DNA from: Vicugna vicugna
Lineage: Eukaryota
Direction of reading: 5' to 3'
Assembly: GCA_013265495.1 (NCBI GenBank)
Contig: MU058198.1
Coordinates: 1-64,000 of the forward strand
Length of the DNA: 64,000 bases
Positions within the stretch are counted from its first letter, which is position 1. Every line of letters starts with the position of its first letter. Below, one piece after another: positions 55,951-64,000 of the stretch. Position numbers and translations under genes: made by a program. The notes under the pieces were generated by a model, which searched no databases, was not told where the DNA came from, and was given only the letters and a program-made list of their open reading frames with translations.

Positions 55951-57464
55951 ATAACCTTCTAGCACCTAATCCGTAGAAATAAAAAGCTGACAGGGGCCTA
56001 GATATTTGCTAATTTTTATTGCAATAACTGTTCACCATTTAGAATAAATGTTGATATATGCGTATTTACAGTATTTTTGGAAGGCCCACAGAAATCGGTA
56101 ATTGCCGCTTGGGAGGGCGTTAGGAACTGGGATGAAATACTTGCTTTTCACCCAAAACTATTTCGTTTTATCTTCTGAAACATATGTATAGATTACTTTT
56201 TTAAAGCAGTCAAAAATATTTTTTGTAATCAGTGCTTCCTTTCTGACTCTTCTTAAATATTCGAAATTATTTACTAGAGGTCCAGACTTTTCTTTCGAGT
56301 TCTGAGATACACAGTTCGCAAGAAAGCCACACTGTTTCGAAATAAACGCTCAGCCTCTTAAAGGTTATTGCGAGATAATGGAGGCAAAGGGCTCGCAAAA
56401 TGTCTGGCAGAGTAAATACCCAGTAGATACTGCTTGAAGCCCTGGGTGGGAGTGAATTCTGGCTTCGCCCTCTGTGGAGCTGAGTGACCTCAGGCTAGTT
56501 GCCTAATATCTGAAACTTCTGCCATAGACGTCATTCCTCGCTGTTTTCACCATTACCCTCCCTTCTTACTCTTCCCCTTTTTTCCCACATGGCCGCCAGA
56601 ATAATCTTTTTAAAACTTAAGGCTGTCTATGACTCTCCAACAGTGTCTATTATCCTCAGTAAAGTCCAAATTCCTTACAAAAGCTTACAAGATCCTCCCT
56701 GACCTGCACACCTACCTCCTTGCATGGGAACAGCAGCCCTCATCCCGCACCTTTCTCCCCTGGCTTGCTTTTCTTAAAATATTTCAAGCATATTCCGCCT
56801 CAGGGCCTTTGCATTTGCTTTTCCCTTTAACTTGAACATTCCTCCCCCAGTTTGCCGGGAGGTTGTTCCCTGCCCCTACTTCCCTCAGCTCTATATTCAG
56901 TCACACACACTCACACACCTCCTCCCTGTTCCCCCCACCCCCATATTGGAAGTGTATTTATTGTCTGTCTCCATTAAGCAAGCAGGTTTTGTTCACCACT
57001 ATACCCACAGCTGCTAGATAAGTTTTCTGGTACATGGTAGGCCCTTGATACCTATTGATGAATAAGTAAATGGGCAAATCAGTTTCCCATCTGTAAAATG
57101 GGGATGATACTACCAATCACTTGGAGTTGCTGGGAGAATAAATGAAATAATCCAAATAAAAGAGACTCATACAAAACCTGGCAGGGGTGTGTGCTCAATC
57201 AACGTGTTATTAGCATATGTCTCAGCCCACCTCACCCACCCCCACCACTTCTCAGATCCTGAGTGAACCTTGAGAACAAAGTCCCAATTTGAACATCTCA
57301 GGGATATAAAATTCTCCAGCCATAATTTACATTACAAAAGGACATTGGCTTTCTTAATGAAAATTTCCTTGAAGAACTGTTTCCCTGTACACTTACAACA
57401 CGTTCCGTTTAATAAAAGTTTGGCATTTACCTTCATTGAGGACGTTAGCAACAGTGGGGGGTTA

Positions 57465-57590
57465 TTCTGGGCAGGGGGAGGTAATTAGGTTTACTTATTT
57501 ATTTTACTTTTAGAAGAGGCACTGGGGATTGAATCAAAGACCTTGTGCATGCTAAGCCTGCTCTCTACCATTTGAACTATACCCTCCCCC
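57465..57590 (-). mobile_element. Vic-1 type SINE
   Basis: Same body; 16-bp TSD CAACAGTGGGG(G/A)GTTA at 57449-57464 and 57591-57606; little or no poly-A tail. Confidence 0.85.
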
Positions 57591-59044
57591 CAACAGTGGG
57601 GAGTTAAACCAGTAACCCAGGTTACTTCAAGAGCCCTACTGTAAACAGAAAAATAGTACCATCCACTATCTCTTTACACACTTCATTCATTCACTCATCC
57701 CTTCATTCAGCAAACATGAGTGCCTATCCCGTGCCAGGTGTTTTACCAGGTGAGAGGATAAAAATACCAGCTCCTGCCCCTCAAGAGGTACAGATCCCAG
57801 TAGAGACACCTCTATAAATAACAGCACAATACCGAGGTGTGTACCATATAGGACAGCAATATGAAGTGCTGTGAGAACGGAGAAGTGGCCTGGAAGTTGC
57901 TAAAGCTTTCACAGAGGAATTGTCATTCGATCTGTATCATGAAGGGTACTAACAATTTCCAATTCCTAACTGCCACTAAGCGCTTCCTATAGATGAACTC
58001 TGACTCCTCAAACCAACACATGCAATTACATAATGCCCCTGTAAGATCTGTACTTTTATCCTCACCTGACAAATGAGGAAGCAAACTAAATTCAATCTGA
58101 AGTTAACTCAATCTTGAGAGTTTAAGTTAAAAAGAAAGAGAAAAAAAAAAGTGGTCACTTGTAACTTGTCTAAGCTATAAATTCCTTGTGGTGGGGTTTT
58201 GGGCTTACCTGATGCTGAAACGTTAGGGAGGGTGCTTGGGCCTATAGATATTATAACAACTCCAAGAGCCAGGAGGGCATGGTATCATATAAAGATGGAT
58301 AGAAATCTCAATGGTTTTCTGGATGTGGGAAAAGGGTAGAGGAGGGGAAATGGAGCAGAGGGCTGTGTATAAATTGCCTCTTGGCATCCTGTGAACTCTG
58401 GGATGATAGGACCTCTGCCAGAGGTGGTACCAAGGCAAGAGTTGAAAGGGCACTCATGCTGTGGCCAGAGCTGGCACAGGAGTAGTCAAGCTGACCTGGA
58501 AAGTGATCACAGCTGCACATGAAGATGGCATGTCAGAGCATCGGGTGACCAGGGGAGACCTATGGTGACTTTGATTTGAGATTTCCGTTTTTTAGACACC
58601 ATCAAACCCCAGGAGGCCCCAGAGAAGGATCCAGACATTTTGTAGGGGTTGGGCTACTTTTTAAAAAATTCTAAGTGCAGACAAAAGTCACCCAGCAGTT
58701 ACTTACTAAGCACCTCATGGACGGGACTCTGAGCCAGGCCCAGGTCGGGTACTGGGAGGCCCGGGGCAGGTGATCTCCCGAATCCGCGTTATTCCCTGCC
58801 TGTTCTTCCAGCCAGGCCCCCTCACACGTCACCTTTGGCCATCACTTATTCTTTGTATCTCCTTTTCCATCTAGTGTGGTGCCTGGATGTTTGCTGAATG
58901 AATGAATTTAAACCTTTTACTTACTTTTGTTCTTAAAGAGCTTTTTGGCCATGTAATGATCACACAGGGTAGTTCATTAATTGGGTACATAAACCCAGTC
59001 ACGTAAACACTATATTGGCTAAGCTATAAAAAAAGTAGGACACA

Positions 59045-60614
59045 AGGAGAGATTCCAGCTTTTTTATTTTAACCCCTTTACACAAGACAAAGTAGAAGAA
59101 ATCATATAGGATTAAAACTGCAAAAGTTGTTAATCGGTAGAACACACATACACAAAAAAATCCGGATAGGAAGACAAGCTTATTTACAATAAGGAAACAT
59201 GTAAATTAAGGTAGTTTGTAGTTTTCATAGAAACATTAAAAAAGAAAAATCAAACATGTGCTACATGGGTGCCACTGTTTACAGCAATATTGAAGGAGAG
59301 AAAACAACACTTACTTAGGGACAGATATACCACAAAGTCCAGGTTTTACAGCATCAGTGCAATAAATCCACAAAACTATATTACAACTAGTTAATCAGAG
59401 TTTAAGAACTGTTCCCAAATCCGTCACATTTTTAGTCCTCAGAGGTTCATTCCTACAGATTTCAACTACTCTAAATCTCTAGCTACTGAAAGGGAGAATG
59501 ATTCTAAGATGCCTTCCAAAGAATGACAAGTCTCTGCAAACCAGAGGCCAACTATCACCACAAGTCTGCTCCCACCAACAGCCCTTGCATTCTTCAGAGA
59601 AATAGCTGACGAAAAAGTCAGCTGCTAGCTCCTCTCCACCTCCTATGCTAAATCTATGGGGAGCAAAAGCAGCCAGCATTACCATAAAATGACAATCTTG
59701 AGGCTTACCTTTAAAGGCTTATTCTGGTCTTGAACAATTAGTAGGATAAGACTATTCTCTACTGAAATGAATCTTGAGTAAACACAGGAAGACTTTCGTC
59801 CTTCATTGGCTGGTCTTGGAGTGAGGGTCATAGACGTTGAGTCTTAACCTATTATGTACTTTAGTTTCAGTTAGCTGAAAATCTGAAATTAGAAGTATGC
59901 TAAAAATCCTAAATATCAACTTTTGGAAGCCTGCTACTAAAAAGCCTTCAAGGATACACTAACTTCGAGTTTAAGTGCAAAGGGACAAGTGTTCTAAGCC
60001 TCTCAGATTCTCCATCTGGGAAGAAAGATCAATGTTTCTTACAAATTGCTAAATTCTGCACAACACATTCTAGCGCATGGAATTAGTTTCATTTTATTCC
60101 ATGACGAAACTTCTCCCATGCTATCGAAACAGAATGAGGAATGAATCTGAAATGGTCTCTTCATCAGAAATGGTAAACTTGGTCTCTATATTCACGAAGC
60201 CAGTTTTTTAACCTGTGGCAAAACCAGCTTCCTATAGCCAGAGACCACTATCTTGTATCCAGCTAAAGCAAAGATCAACTGAAACAATTATCCCACGTCA
60301 CTGTAAACTGTACTAAAGAGTAAAGTTCACCACTGTATTTTTTTAAAAGAAGAGTTCAACTAACCCTGGGTGAGAAAAGCCAGGAGAAGTGGTTACTCAC
60401 GAGTGAGTTGTTCACATGGGGCCAGCTGATGAGAACGCACCGGTGAAGACACTGGACACAAAGCCTTTCTTGGCAAGTTGGAATTTCTACTAAGGGCAGG
60501 ATGAGGGAGAGCAAAGCGCTACTTCTGTAACATTTTAGTATCCAGACAACACAACACACACAATTCCCAAGGACAATGTATGCGGCATTAATCACACTGA
60601 ATAAAGCAGGTGCT
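59045..60614 (-). other. ARL6IP1: ARL6IP1 3'UTR with distal AATAAA at 59068-59063
   Basis: Repeat-free, U-rich minus-strand sequence running from the stop codon to an AATAAA; ancient repeats resume below ~58.9 kb. Cleavage site inferred. Confidence 0.7.
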
Positions 60615-60733
60615 TTATTCATTTTTCTTCTCTTTTTGTTTGAGAAGCTTGTTTATCTCCCTTTTGGCCATTCCAATGTACTTCGAAATGATTCCGTGTT
60701 GGTTTAGTCCAGGAAGCAACAGTAAGAAAGTCA
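60615..60733 (-). CDS. ARL6IP1: ARL6IP1 last coding exon (exon 6)
   Basis: (V)TFLLLLPGLNQHGIISKYIGMAKREINKLLKQKEKKNE*; TTTTAAG acceptor; ends in the KKxx ER-retrieval motif. Confidence 0.96.
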
Positions 60734-61168
60734 CTTAAAACAAACAAACAAACAAAATTAAGGAGGCAACAACTAACTTCCTAAAGATTATTACATTTTA
60801 AAGAAGGTAGTTAGTTTCTTGGACTATTACACACTCTAATGGGATGAAGCAACATAAAATCCATAATTTCCTTTGGTATTTATCCCCAGAAGCTTCCGCT
60901 ATCGTGCCTCCCAACCTCAGATAACACACACTGCTTATTTTTCCCTTGTGCACATTACTTTCTACCTTGGACATTAGTTCTTGGTCTTAATCTCCTCTAA
61001 GACCACAAACTAACTGAAAACAAGACCTGGGCTTTTGTCATCTTCTGTACTCACACAGTTCCTTGATCACTGCCTGGAACTTAGTGAGCACGAATATACT
61101 GTTTACTAAAGTCCAGGTAGACTTCACTGGCCAGGATGTGCCTGTGTAGTTCTTCCTCAAAGACTTAC

Positions 61169-61253
61169 CTATCAGGTAGGTGAGAAGAAGGTTGTGGACT
61201 TGCTGTCCCACCCAAGCAACCGCAGCAAGAGAAATGATCATGGTCACGAAGTA
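61169..61253 (-). CDS. ARL6IP1: ARL6IP1 penultimate exon (exon 5)
   Basis: YFVTMIISLAAVAWVGQQVHNLLLTYLI+G; TGTCAG acceptor, G|GTAAGT donor; 85 nt; hydrophobic segment. Confidence 0.95.
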
Positions 61254-61979
61254 CTGACAATGAAAATAATAAGAATGTGTCACTGAAAAATTGTGCTGAA
61301 CACTGGAATTTGACACAACACTGTAAAATGATTATGAATCAATAAAAAATGTAAAAAATAAAAAAAAATAAAAAAAAAAGAATGTGTCAACTCCTAGAAA
61401 CAGGCTAAGAGGCATCACTTTAGTAGGTTGTTTCGAAGGTTGGAAAATAACTCAGTTTTTATGATCACTTTTCTTTAAAAATAGTATCTATATATTATAC
61501 AAAGCCCATAGAAAACTCCCTTACAACTACTTTACAGAATTTAGATACATTCTCTCCTAGAATAACGGTAATTCCTTATAAAAATTATATATAGTATATA
61601 TATAATATAAATATAAAATAATTTATACTATAAATTATACTACTTTTGCAATTAAAAAGTCACATAATAAACTCAAGTGAAGCTAAGAGAAAAGAGAACA
61701 AATGCTAGGTATATGTCTTTTACATTTATTTCAGTAAATTAAAAAAAAAAAATTCACTCCACTAGAGTAAAAAATTAAATGTGAAATGTAATTTTAACTT
61801 CAGGCCTAACTAATACAGATAAATATTTATGAATGCACTCAGGAGTTACACCAACAGATAATGATAAACATCAAACTATAACTAGAGTAAAGCAAAAAAG
61901 CTTTACACTACAATGAAGTAAAACTTGACTCAACCTTAAAATGTTGCTTTACTTAAATAATTCAAAACCAAAAAAGTAC

Positions 61980-62097
61980 CATTTTAGGCTTTTCTTCCTT
62001 TAGCGTAAAAAGGCGTTTCCACCAGCCCACAGCTCTGCGTCGAGTTTTTACTAGGTTGCTGCAAATTTCATGGAATCTCTGCTGTTGCTCAGTGGTC
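61980..62097 (-). CDS. ARL6IP1: ARL6IP1 (ER-shaping ARL6-interacting protein 1) coding exon, likely exon 4
   Basis: G+TTEQQQRFHEICSNLVKTRRRAVGWWKRLFTLKEEKPKM; TTTCTAG acceptor, ATG|GTACTT donor; 118 nt. Confidence 0.95.
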
Positions 62098-64000
62098 CTA
62101 GAAAAAGAATTTTCCCCTTCACTATAAGCAAATCTTAACAGTAAACAGAAACAAACCATTCTCTCAAATTTAAAAAGTTATCTTCTAAAGAAAATCTAAA
62201 TTAAAAAACGATTCACCATTATCTCATAGAAAAGTTCTTGTACCATTCAGACTCCTTTTATAGAACAGGAGTAAGTTGTTGTTGCTGCTTTTAAACTGAA
62301 GCACAGTCAATTACAACGTGTCAGTTTCTGGTGTACAGCACAGTGTCCAGACACGTGTGTGTACAAAGTAATGGGTATCTACAGTTCTAAGGCCATGTTT
62401 GGTCAATGACAGTAACCAAAGACTCATGACTACTATGAGCCATGCAGAAATCAGTATGAATTAATTTCTCTATTCCTGTATTACTTTGCAAATTCCAATG
62501 AATCCTGGGGTTGTAGCCCATCAGAGTCCCACCTTTTTGAGGAAGATGTGAAGTTTCTGCCAAGCAGCTGTATGTAAGCACTCTTCAGTAGGGTAATAAC
62601 TACGAACAATCAAAGCACAGAACCCTCAACTGGGCTGCATACAATTGATGTCAAGGCAGCAACAAACAGCTGAAATCCAAATTCCTTATAAATTTAGTCC
62701 CAGTGAGGGAAAATATAATCATGAACAAAACAGCAGTGAAAACACAGAAAGATCCTCCAAGAAAGCCCTTTTTAACTTATAATGTATTCTGGGTTCTGAT
62801 AAAAAAAAAAAAAAAGAACTGCTTTTATACTGTCTTTCCTGTACAAACATTTGCTTTCTTTTCTCTAGTTGTTGTCCCTGTAAACCTGCAGCGACAGACA
62901 CAGTAGAATGGTTTCTGCTTGAGTCCTGGAACTTCCTGTAAATAATTAAACCTCATATGCTGCCCATGGTCAAGGCTGGGCTATGGCTATGCAATGGTGT
63001 TCTTCCTTCCTCATAAAGGTCAAAAAATAAAACTGCTCCATCAATAATACTGAACCACACATTGATTTACTTCTGAAAACTCTTCTCCAGGAGTTATGAA
63101 TTAGCAGATTAGAACTGTCATCTGGCCAATAAAGTCAGAGTCTGAGGTTGATTCTCTGCTAAATTGTTACATTGCAGTTACAAACTTGCCCAAAAAACAG
63201 CAGCATAAATCATTACTCCATGTGAAAAACAATTCAAAGGACATTTCCTAACATAATTCATTCGACGACGGCAGAAACATCTTTAAATAAACATGCTTAA
63301 TTATCTCGTAACTTAATCCCCCCAAATGTGTGAATCTGTTCCCAAAGATCCAGAGGGCATACATGTAAAATTCTTATTTTTACAGAATTATTTTATAATT
63401 TACTGTTATCAGGGAAACAAAAAAACTAAAAGCACAAGCAGACCAACAATCAAATTAAAATAAACAGCCATGGGAGAATAGCAGGTAGGAGAAAAAAAAT
63501 CCATTCCAACATCTACTTTTATTCATTATCTGGATCGAAAGTGAGAAATGCAACGTTCCAGAGGGAAGTTAAAAAATATTTTAACAGGATGCACAGCCAC
63601 TTAACTGTATCTTGGCAACTCATAAGTAACCAGGTCAAAGAATGGTACAAATGAAATCGACAACCCACTTGTACACAGCTTGAACCTATCCTAAAGCACT
63701 TGGTACACATTTTGCTAACCACCACTGCACTGACTCACCGTCTCAACCTGAAACACAGCATCAATCTTTAAAGTCAAAGTATTTCACAGCACCCACGACA
63801 GTGTGCTTAACGTAAAGTAGGCATTTGATAAACAGTTGCTAAATTAATAGGCAAGAAATCTACATTACTGTTTCTGTATTTATTCAGAAGTAATCTATGA
63901 AATTAACATTATCTTACATATCAATGGAAAATGTAAAAGTAGACATACAACTTTAATGGAACACTCATTATGAATTCTGCAATCCTTGATAAAACATTAT

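Overview
Mammalian genomic DNA, most likely camelid (four tRNA-derived Vic-1-type SINEs plus many lineage-type L1 3' ends). Two minus-strand protein-coding genes can be reconstructed exon by exon. RPS15A is complete: a non-coding 5'TOP exon 1 near 55.7 kb and coding exons 54671-54539, 54081-54002, 51150-51065 and 49782-49689, totalling 393 nt / 130 aa. ARL6IP1 is represented by its last three coding exons (62097-61980, 61253-61169, 60733-60615) and a ~1.6 kb 3'UTR; its upstream exons lie beyond the window. Positions 1-49.6 kb are a gene-free, repeat-rich interval (L1, L2, MIR, MLT1/LTR, hAT MER elements, microsatellites) with a few enhancer-like unique patches. Apart from pieces overlapping these exons or L1 remnants, the ORF track is noise. 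I find no convincing wholly new biological system. The best leads are: (i) splice phases that make an ARL6IP1 exon5 -> RPS15A exon2 read-through an in-frame fusion; (ii) a perfect 11-bp hairpin burying the ARL6IP1 stop codon and an overlapping AAUAAA; (iii) a TSD-bounded L1 3'-transduction; (iv) a twin-primed inverted L1 nested with SINEs; (v) an L1 insertion that duplicated a probable branch point; (vi) candidate enhancers and a GC-shifted MIR. Repeat subfamily names come from memory of consensus sequences, and repeat boundaries are approximate.
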